Virus record (IMG/VR): IMGVR_UViG_3300035242_000035
Span: 17,073 to 81,072 of that record
Source of the DNA: a virus
Reading direction: 5' to 3' (one strand)
Length of the DNA: 64,000 nt
The position numbers and the translations under genes were made by a program. Under the pieces are notes generated by a model, which saw only the letters and a list, made by a program, of their open reading frames with translations, was not told the DNA's origin and did not search any database. Shown in pieces: positions 1-8,415 of this stretch. How positions within the stretch are numbered: the first letter of the stretch is position 1; every line of letters starts with the position of its first letter.

Positions 1-183
1 GCCGTCTCGGACCTTGCCGGCCTTCTGCAGGTTGGGGGAGCGGCGCAGGGCGCGGGTGTAGTGCATCCGGCACAGCCTCCACGGCCCGCCGCCCTCATTC
101 ACGGGGCGCGGGTCCTGGTGGAAGCCTTCGCGGCCGCAGTACTTGCAGGTCCCCAGGCCAACCTCTCTCTTGGCTCTCGACAC
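1..183 (-). CDS. Partial small Zn-finger protein (runs off left edge)
   Basis: GTG at 183 after GGAGGGAGAG; translates VSRAKREVGLGTCKYC...LCRMHY (CxxC...CxxH). Confidence 0.55.
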   Translation of the reverse strand, partial: MSRAKREVGLGTCKYCGREGFHQDPRPVNEGGGPWRLCRMHYTRALRRSPNLQKAGKVRDG

Positions 184-209
184 GTTCTCTCCCTCCGATT
201 GGCGACCGC

Positions 210-503
210 TCAGATCGCCGACTTGATCGACTTCAGGTCCACGCCTTCCGACTCCAGCAGGGCCGCGAGCTGAGCGGCGGTGGCCTCTGCCGCGGCGGCG
301 CGCTCGAGCGCCAACTCCAGGGCGTCGGCCGGCTCGTGGCCGCGCGTGGGCTGCGTCTTGCCCCAGACGCGCCAAGCCCGCCGCTGGGCCGCAGCCGCCC
401 GCCGGTACTTGGCGACGGCCTGGATCAGCGGGTGCGTCGTCGGGAGCGTCAGGGCGTTGGCCGGGATGGTGATGTTCAGCTTCGGTTCGGTGCGGTCGGT
501 CAT
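210..503 (-). CDS. Hypothetical protein
   Basis: ATG 3 nt after upstream stop; co-oriented operon. Confidence 0.65.
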   Translation of the reverse strand: MTDRTEPKLNITIPANALTLPTTHPLIQAVAKYRRAAAAQRRAWRVWGKTQPTRGHEPADALELALERAAAAEATAAQLAALLESEGVDLKSIKSAI

Positions 504-506
504 GGC

Positions 507-2198
507 TCAGTCCCAGCGGTCCAGCTGGTAGAACATCTCGCCAAGCTCACCGGTGACGCGGAGCGTGCAGTCCCACCCTTCCCCGTCCCGCCTGAGCAGC
601 AGGCCGCAGGCGGTCGCCTCCTCCTTGCCAGCGATGGCCGCCTGCCGGCTGTAGGCCTCCAGCGTGGCGCGGACCTGGTGGAACTCGGACTTCAGCATCT
701 CCGGGAAGAGCCCGCCTCCGCGCCCGGCGGCGTAGTTCAGGTCCCGCGCCCCCTCGAGCAGCAGGAAGACCCTCTGGCCGTGATGGGCGTGGCGGTCTTC
801 GCCCGACCACATGTTGGGGCCCAGCGCGACCGCAGCGACGGCCACCCACCCGCCGGGCCGGAGGTTCCACCGAGACGCGTGGGAGCCACTGGCATACACG
901 TACCAGGAGAAGGGGTTGCGCTGCTCCGGGTTGTCCCACTGGAGGATCGGCGGTGCGCCGGAGTCGGCCGCGGTCAGGAGCGCGGCGTAGCTGCCAGCGA
1001 ATGGCGCGAGCAGTTCGATCTTCTTCGCGTCGGGCAACACGGTTCGGCGAAACTTCTCCCAGGTGATCGGCGTGGGCGGCTGCCTGACGCTGGTGGCCAC
1101 CGCTCCGCGCCCCTTCGCGGCCAGGTGGCCGAACACGCTGCCGGGATGGGGAGACTTGGGGGCATGGCCATGGCTCGGGCGCCAGAGCGCCTGGACCTCC
1201 TCGAGCTTCGCGAACCTGCGGCTGAGGGACGGCGCGATCCCCATCTCGGCGACGAGTTTCTCCGCAGCGGCGATGTTACCGGCGCTCGGGGCAGCCTGGG
1301 GGCGTTGGTAGAGCAGCGGGTTCATCTTGGAGTAGAAGCGCTCCTTGATCACCTCGAACGGGAGCCCGGCCTTCACGTCCTCCAACAGGGCGCCGATCAT
1401 CCCAGATCGGACGTGGCAGAAGCCGGTCGGGGCCTTCGCCACGGCCCGCCAGGTCAGGTTGGCCGCCCGGTCGCCGCCGTGCGCTGCACCTGGAACGCGC
1501 CCAGGGACGAACGTGAGCGTGGAACCTGGCACCAGCGCCCGCGCTTCGTGCAGGTCCAACAACCAACGGGCCATCCCCTCGCACTTCTCGCTCCTGTAGA
1601 GATTGCCGCTGACCAGGAGTTGAAGCGCGGCGCGCACGGTCTCGGCCGGGAACTCCGCAAGGCCGCGGCACAACATCCCGAACTCCTCGGACTTCTGGGC
1701 GGCCAGCTGGTCGGCGCGCTCGGCTGAGCCCACCAGGACAGATGTGACCGCGGACATGTGGCGCCAGGTTCCACGCTTACTCTCGTTCTGGGGCACACCC
1801 CAAGTGCGCTCACTGGTGAAGAAGACGCTGGAGATCGTCGCGCGCCGGACCATGCGCTGGAGCTCCTCCACCGCACGGTCTAGGCCGGCGCCGACGCCAG
1901 CCGGCGCCCAGAACAGCGGGACCAGGAGCCCGTCGTCGGCCACCGTGACCAGCCCGCCATAGCGCTCGACGAACCGGCGGCAGGCCCGGCAGTTGTAGTG
2001 CTGACGCTCCGGTTCGTCCAGGGCGCCCAGGAAAGCGTCAAACAGCCGTGGCGCCGCGTCGGTCTGGAACAGCGCGGCGCCGGCGCCCGTGGCTGCCAGC
2101 GCCCGCTCGCGAAGGGCTACCAGCAGCCGCCCGTACCCGTCCTCGTCGTGGTGGTGGGCCTTGACTCCTCCGGTCTCGCTCGAAATCGTCGTCTCCAC
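507..2198 (-). CDS. Large conserved-looking phage protein of unknown function (HYNCRAC motif)
   Basis: GTG at 2198 after AAAAGGAGAGG; long globular ORF with CxxC and aromatic blocks (ILQWD, RNPFSWYVY, LFPEMLKSEFH). Confidence 0.8.
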   Translation of the reverse strand: METTISSETGGVKAHHHDEDGYGRLLVALRERALAATGAGAALFQTDAAPRLFDAFLGALDEPERQHYNCRACRRFVERYGGLVTVADDGLLVPLFWAPAGVGAGLDRAVEELQRMVRRATISSVFFTSERTWGVPQNESKRGTWRHMSAVTSVLVGSAERADQLAAQKSEEFGMLCRGLAEFPAETVRAALQLLVSGNLYRSEKCEGMARWLLDLHEARALVPGSTLTFVPGRVPGAAHGGDRAANLTWRAVAKAPTGFCHVRSGMIGALLEDVKAGLPFEVIKERFYSKMNPLLYQRPQAAPSAGNIAAAEKLVAEMGIAPSLSRRFAKLEEVQALWRPSHGHAPKSPHPGSVFGHLAAKGRGAVATSVRQPPTPITWEKFRRTVLPDAKKIELLAPFAGSYAALLTAADSGAPPILQWDNPEQRNPFSWYVYASGSHASRWNLRPGGWVAVAAVALGPNMWSGEDRHAHHGQRVFLLLEGARDLNYAAGRGGGLFPEMLKSEFHQVRATLEAYSRQAAIAGKEEATACGLLLRRDGEGWDCTLRVTGELGEMFYQLDRWD

Positions 2199-2348
2199 GT
2201 CCTCTCCTTTTCGGTGGTGCCGCGCCCGGAGGAACAAGCACCGCCGCCGGCCGGGGCCCCGGCGTCAGTCTGCGCCGAGGCGCCTTTATGCGGCCTCGTC
2301 GCCCTTACTTTCCGGTCAGGATCTTCACTCCTGCACAGCCGTCGAAAC

Positions 2349-2531
2349 TCAGCTCTCGTTCCTCTTCCGCAGCGCGGCGGCACGCTCGCGGCGCTTCGTC
2401 ACGATCGGCTCTTGGCTGTGCGGCATGTTCCGCCCGCCGAGTTTCCGGGTCTCCTCCTTCCCAAACCCCTCTTGTCTCGAGACTGCTCCGCACTTCGGAC
2501 ACGTCACCTTGCCGTCTGCCCGTGAGGACAT
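2349..2531 (-). CDS. Small Zn-ribbon protein
   Basis: CPKCG motif, strong RBS AAAAAGGAGAGG, first gene after operator-promoter copy 1. Confidence 0.7.
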   Translation of the reverse strand: MSSRADGKVTCPKCGAVSRQEGFGKEETRKLGGRNMPHSQEPIVTKRRERAAALRKRNES

Positions 2532-2585
2532 CGCCCCTCTCCTTTTTCTCGGCGGCCGGTGAGACCCGGTCGACCGATGGACCGA

Positions 2586-2613
2586 ACAATACGCACTCGG
2601 ATTCCGATTGCAA
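2586..2613 (-). promoter_or_regulatory. Operator-promoter copy 1 (TTGCAA-N16-TATTGT, TCGGA-n-TCCGA palindrome)
   Basis: Near-identical to 19918-19945 and 25611-25638; intergenic, upstream of an operon. Confidence 0.75.
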
Positions 2614-2624
2614 GCAGAAATGGA

Positions 2625-3209
2625 TCAGGACCCCGATGCGCCGCCCGGCAGCCCCGCGCGCGTCTTTACAAACTCTGCTCTCGCCTTGGCCTTCTCCGCC
2701 TCTGGCGCGAACCCCTCCTCTTGAAGCCACCACGCGATGAAGCTCCACCAGAAGGCCGCGCTCGGTCGGTTGTTGGTGAATCCGATGTGGCACGCACGAC
2801 ACCAGGCGGCGCATGTGCGGACGGATTCCAGGAGACGACCGCGACCTCTTCCGAAGAGGTGAGACAATTCCGCTGGCGCGTTGTCGCACCGGCTGCCACC
2901 GCCCACCCCGAACCATAGCGGGCCCGGACCTTCACATCGGCCATTGGCGCGCTCGAACACACCTATCCGGATGGCAGCGCGACGGTCGCGGGCGCTCGCC
3001 CTCCTGGTCTTCACGGAGGACACTCGTTCCGCTCGCGTCGGCTTCGGGAGCGTCGTTGTGACCCTGACGGCGACACGGCCGCGGCGGCCAGCGAGTTGGA
3101 CCAGAGCCCCGGCCACCTCGCGCTCATCGCTCGCAGAAAGGCGCCCGCTCTCCTTGGCGATGCGGGCCGCCTCGGTGAGGGCGCCCAGCGCGCGCCGCGA
3201 CAGCCTCAC
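2625..3209 (-). CDS. HNH-like nuclease
   Basis: VFERANGRCE...ELSHLFGRG...WCRACH; GTG overlaps the ERF stop. Confidence 0.65.
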   Translation of the reverse strand: MRLSRRALGALTEAARIAKESGRLSASDEREVAGALVQLAGRRGRVAVRVTTTLPKPTRAERVSSVKTRRASARDRRAAIRIGVFERANGRCEGPGPLWFGVGGGSRCDNAPAELSHLFGRGRGRLLESVRTCAAWCRACHIGFTNNRPSAAFWWSFIAWWLQEEGFAPEAEKAKARAEFVKTRAGLPGGASGS

Positions 3210-4096
3210 GAGCTCTTGCCCTGGCTCGCGGTGATCCGGCGCTCCACCTCGGCGCCGAGCACCTCCAGGCACCTGTTCACCGCCGGAACCCAATCCGCCT
3301 TGGGGCTGTCGGCGACGGCCTTCCGGCCCTCCTCGAGCGCCTCAGTGACCGCCTCGTCGCTGAGCTGGACGATGGGCTTGCCCTTGTGCTTCCCGAAGAG
3401 AACGGTGGTCGGTGGTTTCGGGACGGGGTTGGCGTCGGTCCCTTTCCGCGCGGCAGCCTGGGCGGCCTGCTCGCGGGCCCGCTCCAGGTTGCTCTGTCGG
3501 CGCTCACCGTCCCAGGCGTTGCCGTCGTCGTCCTCGTCGTCCCCAGCGGCGACGCCGACCATCGCCGACAGCGCGTACCTGCGTGCATAGGTGAACGCAG
3601 CACCGATCGCCTGGATCCAGGTCTGCTTGTTGCCCAACTTGCTGACCACCCTCTCCATGGGGACCGTCAGCACGTCGAGCACCCACTGCCCGCTCGAGTG
3701 GGTCAAGAGGGTCGTCACGGTGACGCGCCCCTCCACGTCCGAGAGGTAGGAGATCTCGTGGGCGCGCTGGATGACCGCCAGCCCGTTCTTCGAGAGCGGC
3801 TCCCGGCAGGCGTCGATCACGGACGCGAGCGTGGCGTAGCGGGACCGCAGCTGGTCATTCTCCCGGTCCTTGGCGGCGTGGCGCATCTCGCCCTGTGCGG
3901 CGGCGAGCGCGGCGGCGAGCTGGTCGATCTCGACGGATTGGTGCTGAGCTCGCGCCTGCCCGTCCACGCGCTGCTGCTTGGCCCCCTCGGCGACGCGGGC
4001 GGCCGTCTCCTCCAGCAACTGCGCCACGTCGGGCAACCCGTAAAGACGCGCGCGCTTGGCGGCGTCAAGGAACTCCCTCGGTTCGATCTTGCTCAT
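3206..4096 (-). CDS. erf: ERF-family ssDNA-annealing protein
   Basis: LAAALAAAQGEM, RYATLASV, LSKNGLAVIQ, HSSGQW, GAAFTYARRYALSAMVG, DDDGN. Confidence 0.92.
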   Translation of the reverse strand: MSKIEPREFLDAAKRARLYGLPDVAQLLEETAARVAEGAKQQRVDGQARAQHQSVEIDQLAAALAAAQGEMRHAAKDRENDQLRSRYATLASVIDACREPLSKNGLAVIQRAHEISYLSDVEGRVTVTTLLTHSSGQWVLDVLTVPMERVVSKLGNKQTWIQAIGAAFTYARRYALSAMVGVAAGDDEDDDGNAWDGERRQSNLERAREQAAQAAARKGTDANPVPKPPTTVLFGKHKGKPIVQLSDEAVTEALEEGRKAVADSPKADWVPAVNRCLEVLGAEVERRITASQGKSS

Positions 4097-4148
4097 GTGC
4101 CTCTCCTTTCCACTGCGTGAAATTCGTAGGACCGAAACATCTCCGGGG

Positions 4149-5264
4149 CTACGTCCCATCGGTCAGCACCTTTCGCGCCACGTCGGGCAGCGCCTCGGCG
4201 AGTTGGTCCTCCAGTTTCTCGCGGCTCCACGGCTTGTGCAGGCGCCTGTGGCCCTTGGTGACCACCGTGTTCCCGTCCACCGCGGCACGGAAGACGCGCC
4301 CGGCCACGCCCATCTGCTCGTCCGTCGGCCCGTTCGGGCAGAGTGCGCCGAGCATCCCCTGCAGCACGTCGCGCGCCGCCTTCTCCCACTTCGTGTTCGT
4401 GCTGCCCCTGGTCCGCTTCCAGGTGACCACCCCGCGCGCGGTCTCCAGCCCCTCGGCCTCGCCGATTGCGGAGGTGATGACGTTCTTCTCCTTGGCCACT
4501 TCCTCCTCCAAGCGCTTGCCGACCAGTTCCAGCATGCGCAGGCGCTCCACAGAGGCGGCGAGTTGGGGGTCCGCGACCTTGAGAATCGAGCCGGGCGTGT
4601 GCTCTGGGTAGTACGTCTTGAGGAAGTTGGCGTAAGAGGCGCTCGCGTCCGGCGGGGGCGGGCGGCGAGTCAGCACGTGGTCGGTCCAGAACCGCGCCCC
4701 GAGCTCCACCAGCGCGTTGAAGTACTGGTCGTCGAACGGCACCGTGTAGATCCAGAATACCGAGCGGTCGAACAGCACGGCCACGTCGCACAGCCCGACG
4801 CCGGACACGCCCATCTCCCAGGTGACCTGCGCGAGTTCGTCCTGCGGTAGGCCGGTCGGGTCTTCGTCCGGGTCTCGGTAGTGCTCCAGCAGGCGCCACG
4901 AATGGTTCTTCACCTGCAGGAGCCGCTCGATGCTGCCCCAGTCCTCCGTCTCCAGGCGCGGCTGCGGGCCGGAGTGGACGCAGCGGTCCGGAGTCGCCAG
5001 CGCGAAGGCGTGGCGTCCGCTCCGGATCGTCCCGGGGTTGGTCAGGTAGATGCGGCCGGTCCGGCGGGAGTACACCTCGGCGATGGGCGCCTCGAACAGG
5101 TCCCCCAGCTCCATCTGCAGGGTCTGCTCCTTCTCCCAGCCGAGCACCTTGCTCGCGTAAATGTGCGCGGGCGAGGTCCACCTGGACAGCCCCGCGATGG
5201 CCGCGATCTCGCTCGCGCCGATGCCGGACCGCCTCAGCTCCAACTGCTCCCTGGTCAGCGGCAC
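4149..5264 (-). CDS. YqaJ/lambda-exonuclease family recombination nuclease
   Basis: RRSGIGASEIAAI, G..FEAPIA, ATPDR, LLQVK, QVTWEMGV; adjacent to erf. Confidence 0.9.
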   Translation of the reverse strand: MPLTREQLELRRSGIGASEIAAIAGLSRWTSPAHIYASKVLGWEKEQTLQMELGDLFEAPIAEVYSRRTGRIYLTNPGTIRSGRHAFALATPDRCVHSGPQPRLETEDWGSIERLLQVKNHSWRLLEHYRDPDEDPTGLPQDELAQVTWEMGVSGVGLCDVAVLFDRSVFWIYTVPFDDQYFNALVELGARFWTDHVLTRRPPPPDASASYANFLKTYYPEHTPGSILKVADPQLAASVERLRMLELVGKRLEEEVAKEKNVITSAIGEAEGLETARGVVTWKRTRGSTNTKWEKAARDVLQGMLGALCPNGPTDEQMGVAGRVFRAAVDGNTVVTKGHRRLHKPWSREKLEDQLAEALPDVARKVLTDGT

Positions 5265-5593
5265 GTCGCCCTCCTCCCCGGTGCTGGCTCCACGCCGCAC
5301 CCGGTGAGTCGGTCGACCTCCTCGGCGAGGATCCAGGCGTGGCAGGCGACCGCATCGGGCGGACACGCGCAGAGGAGCCGTTTGCCAGCCAGGCCGAAGA
5401 GGTGATCCGTGAACCACGGCCCCGTGCGCTCGATGCTGCGGCGTAGCCACTCTCGGTAGAGATCGAGGGCGCGCCAGCCGTACCGCTGCACGGTGTACGG
5501 GTTGCCCCAGGGGCCGGGCCGCGTGACGAGGACGTCCCGCTCTTCCGGTTCCCCTCGGCTGCGCAGACTGGCGACTTGGATTGGGGACATCAC
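5255..5593 (-). CDS. DUF4326 domain protein
   Basis: RPGPWGNPY...YREWL...LAGKRLLCACPP..CHAWIL. Confidence 0.85.
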   Translation of the reverse strand: MMSPIQVASLRSRGEPEERDVLVTRPGPWGNPYTVQRYGWRALDLYREWLRRSIERTGPWFTDHLFGLAGKRLLCACPPDAVACHAWILAEEVDRLTGCGVEPAPGRRATCR

Positions 5594-5808
5594 CGACCCT
5601 CGGTCTTGGCGATGGCGGCGCCTGCGACGGTGAGGAGCTGTCTCCGCGTGAGCGCCGGCCTGCCGACGTTCGGATCGAGCCCGAGCCCGCGGTGAATGGT
5701 CCGCAGCGCCTTCAACGCCTGGGGCGCCGCATCTGCTCGGCGCACGACCTCCGGCGTGGCCTCGGCGAGGAGGGCGCGGGCCTGCTCGCAGTTAACGTAA
5801 TGCCCCAC
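5590..5808 (-). CDS. Hypothetical protein
   Basis: Overlapping start/stop coupling within the operon. Confidence 0.5.
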   Translation of the reverse strand: MGHYVNCEQARALLAEATPEVVRRADAAPQALKALRTIHRGLGLDPNVGRPALTRRQLLTVAGAAIAKTEGR

Positions 5809-5935
5809 CGCGCTCGCCTCTTCGGAATACCTCCGCCAGTAACACGGAGCCGCGGCGCCGTGTGTGGCACAGTTCCTCGTGTACAGCGCTTGCCGCGAAC
5901 TCGCGCAACCGCTCGACGATGCCCTTGGTGCTCAT
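5792..5935 (-). CDS. Small hypothetical protein (MSTKGIVERL...)
   Basis: ATG with GGAGG RBS, ATGA overlap with upstream gene. Confidence 0.45.
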   Translation of the reverse strand: MSTKGIVERLREFAASAVHEELCHTRRRGSVLLAEVFRRGERGGALR

Positions 5936-6159
5936 GACCGCCTCCACCTGGAAATCTCCTCTGGCCACATGGTCAGAGCGTCTCTCCGCTCGAACCCCTC
6001 CACCCACACGACGTACATGCCGCTGTCGCGTAGGTACGAGACGATCACCCCCAACTTGCCGACGAGCGCTTGGGGGGTTCTCGACGCCGTCTCTGGCACC
6101 AACCGCAGCAAGTCGCCGTCGAAGCCGTCGCACCAGAACCGCTCGGGCGTGGCGTTCAT
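5932..6159 (-). CDS. Hypothetical protein
   Basis: ATGA coupling on both sides. Confidence 0.55.
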   Translation of the reverse strand: MNATPERFWCDGFDGDLLRLVPETASRTPQALVGKLGVIVSYLRDSGMYVVWVEGFERRDALTMWPEEISRWRRS

Positions 6160-7016
6160 CCCCCAACTCCGGCGCCGGTCCCTGTCGCGCCCTCGGCGAT
6201 CATTCGGTCTAGTAGGTCGAGCGCCGACCGCTGGAGGCGCTCGACGGTGCCCGCGAGGGCTTGCTCGGCCGCGCTCCAGGCCGCGCTCTCGGCCGCGCTC
6301 TCGGCCGCGCTCCTGGCCGCGCTCTCGGCCGCGCTCCAGGCCGCGCTCTCGGCCGCGCTCTCGGCCGCGCTCCTGGCCGCGCTCTCGGCCGCGCTCCAGG
6401 CCGCGCTCTCGGCCGCGCTCCTGGCCGCGCTCTCGGCCGCGCTCCAGGCCGCGCTCTCGGCCGCGCTCTCGGCCGCGCTCCAGGCCGCGCTCTCGGCCGC
6501 GCTCCTGGCCGCGCTCTCGGCCGCGCTCCAGGCCGCGCTCCAGGCCGCGCTCTCGGCCGCGCTCTCGGCCGCGCTCAACGGGCCCTGAGCGTCCCCCGTG
6601 GTGGCGATGTCCACGATCTGCGCCAGCGAGCGGAGCGCGGCGGCCTCATTGTACAGATTCGCCAGCTCGAGCCAGGTGGGCGCGAAGGTGCGGACGTACC
6701 AGTCGATCGCGAGGTACGCCCGCCGCTTCTCGACCTCCGCCGGCGCTGCCGTGCCGACGAGCCGGAGCACGTACGGCTTGAGCCACTGGCGTCGCTCGTC
6801 GTCCAGGCTGTCGTTCCAGTCGCGCAGGAAGGCGCCAATGGACTCGCTCGCGCACCGCGGATGGTCGCTGTGCGGCTCGCGAGCGACGAAGGCCACCGCT
6901 TCCATCACGCAGCACCCGTCCTCTGGCGAACGGTGGGATCCGTGCGCGAGAGTGAGCCGCGCAAGGAACGTCTCTATCTCGGCCCGCCGCTCGGGGCCGA
7001 CGTCTGGCGCGCTCAT
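6156..7016 (-). CDS. Phage protein with 26 SAA(E/W/R) tetrapeptide repeats
   Basis: N-terminal GSH...CCVMEA...HSDHPRC...WNDSL block, then repeat tract and short helical tail. Confidence 0.85.
   Translation of the reverse strand: MSAPDVGPERRAEIETFLARLTLAHGSHRSPEDGCCVMEAVAFVAREPHSDHPRCASESIGAFLRDWNDSLDDERRQWLKPYVLRLVGTAAPAEVEKRRAYLAIDWYVRTFAPTWLELANLYNEAAALRSLAQIVDIATTGDAQGPLSAAESAAESAAWSAAWSAAESAARSAAESAAWSAAESAAESAAWSAAESAARSAAESAAWSAAESAARSAAESAAESAAWSAAESAARSAAESAAESAAWSAAEQALAGTVERLQRSALDLLDRMIAEGATGTGAGVGG
6264..6575 (-). repeat. 26 x 12-bp tandem repeat AGCGCGGCC(GAG/TGG/AGG)
   Basis: Directly visible; 312 bp, only the fourth codon varies. Confidence 0.97.
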
Positions 7017-7171
7017 CGCCCGCCTCGCGGCAGCCAGCCCGCGCCGGAGCCGATCATCTCGGTGAGCGCGCCGTCTGGGAGTTGGACGCTGGGGTTCCTG
7101 CGCCAGCGCGTACTGGGGACCACGGCGGAGAACGCCTCGAAGCCCACAGCCCTGGGCACGAGAATCAACAT
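7013..7171 (-). CDS. Small hypothetical protein
   Basis: RBS CGAAAGGAGAGG before ATG 7171; stop overlaps next ATG. Confidence 0.55.
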   Translation of the reverse strand: MLILVPRAVGFEAFSAVVPSTRWRRNPSVQLPDGALTEMIGSGAGWLPRGGR

Positions 7172-7200
7172 GTTGGTTCCTCTCCTTTCGACAGCAGGAC

Positions 7201-7404
7201 TCAAGCGCTTGGAGACGTGCCCCGATCCCGCGCCTCCAACGCCTCTCCAAGGAGTACGCGCACAACGTCGGAGACCGTCGTCTTCATTCGCGGTCGGCTC
7301 TCCTTTTCCTTCCTCAACTCCGCGTCGAGCCGTATACGGATGTCGTCTGGCAACTTGACGGAGATGAGGTATCCGAATTCGCCGGTGAATTTCTTTTTCG
7401 CCAT
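7201..7404 (-). CDS. Ribbon-helix-helix (Arc/CopG-like) regulator
   Basis: YLISVKLPDDIRIRLDAEL...TVSDVVRVLLGEAL; first gene of left arm at the divergence point. Confidence 0.7.
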   Translation of the reverse strand: MAKKKFTGEFGYLISVKLPDDIRIRLDAELRKEKESRPRMKTTVSDVVRVLLGEALEARDRGTSPSA

Positions 7405-7411
7405 GCGCTGG

Positions 7412-7490
7412 GTATCGCACGGGTCTGTCTCTGCTGTCAACGCCCGTATACCCGTCTTGACAGACGCCTGCCTGCCGTGTGAGACAGTGG
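7412..7490. promoter_or_regulatory. Divergent promoter region (genetic switch)
   Basis: Back-to-back TTGACA boxes (7435-7440 minus, 7457-7462 plus) flanked by inverted TGTCTC/GAGACA. Confidence 0.65.
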
Positions 7491-7497
7491 GCAATCC

Positions 7498-8415
7498 ATG
7501 CCGACCCGCATGCTCCACGAGTCGCTGCTCACCTCGCCGTCCCTCAAGGTCTGCAGCGCGCGTGCTCAGGACGCCTTCCACCGCTTCATCCTGCTGGCGG
7601 ACGATTTCGGCTGCTTCGAGGTTTCGCCGCGCCTGCTGATCGGGCGCGGCTGGCCCTACCGCAACGACGTCTCCGAGGAAGATGTTCTGGGGTGGTTGGA
7701 AGAGTATGGGCACGCGCGCTCGCCGGAAGATCCCGGCGCGGTGCCGATGGCCATCTTTTGGGTGGACGGAGGTAGGCGCTGGGGCCACCTAACCGGATGG
7801 TTCGGCCCGCACGGTCAGCGTAGGCGCGAGGAGTACAGCACCTCCAACCCGAAGGGGTCCAGACGCAAGACCCCGAGGCCTCCAGCTAACCTATTGGAAC
7901 GACTTCCCGCGGATTTCCCGCGAGACGGCCCGCGGGAAACTACCGGGAAATTCGGTTTCCCGCCGCTGCAGTCGCAGTCGCAGTCGCAGTCGCAGTCGCA
8001 GTCGCAGTCGCAGTCGCAGTTAGAAGATCTACGTCATGGTGTCCTCTTCCCCGAACTGCAACCCCCAAAGCGGGAGCGCAAGGAAAGCGAGGCCGAAGAG
8101 TGGTTTGAGGTGTGCGTTGAGGGCGAAAGGCGAGTGAAACTGCTCGAGGAAAACGGGGGGGACTTCGAAGTTGCGCCCCTACGTGCAGCCGAACGAGGTC
8201 TTACTGCGCCTTACATCAACGCCCAGGTGAAACGCCTCCGCGAGTGGGCGAAGCTGCCACTTTTTGGCGAAACCAAGGGACAGGTCGCCATGACTGCCGT
8301 CTGGTGTGCGTATCTTGACGACCCGGCGAACGCTGGGCGCGATCCGGCCTACAGCTTTCGTTACTTCTGCAGCGAGAACGTCTTCCAGAAGTACCTCGGG
8401 AGGGTGGCCGCATGA
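7498..8415 (+). CDS. Phage replication initiator (replisome organiser)
   Basis: MPTRMLHESLLTS...LLADDFG N-terminus, low-complexity QS linker, directly upstream of helicase. Confidence 0.75.
   Translation: MPTRMLHESLLTSPSLKVCSARAQDAFHRFILLADDFGCFEVSPRLLIGRGWPYRNDVSEEDVLGWLEEYGHARSPEDPGAVPMAIFWVDGGRRWGHLTGWFGPHGQRRREEYSTSNPKGSRRKTPRPPANLLERLPADFPRDGPRETTGKFGFPPLQSQSQSQSQSQSQSQSQLEDLRHGVLFPELQPPKRERKESEAEEWFEVCVEGERRVKLLEENGGDFEVAPLRAAERGLTAPYINAQVKRLREWAKLPLFGETKGQVAMTAVWCAYLDDPANAGRDPAYSFRYFCSENVFQKYLGRVAA
7904..8020. repeat. Putative origin: five TTCCCG(C/G) motifs plus (CAGTCG)8
   Basis: Motifs at 7904, 7914, 7931 (inverted), 7943 (inverted), 7956; hexamer array 7969-8016; inside the initiator gene. 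Confidence 0.6.

Noticed and set aside
6264-6575. CRISPR array or DGR variable region
   Set aside because: 12-bp units without spacers, in-frame in a gene; no cas or reverse transcriptase gene.
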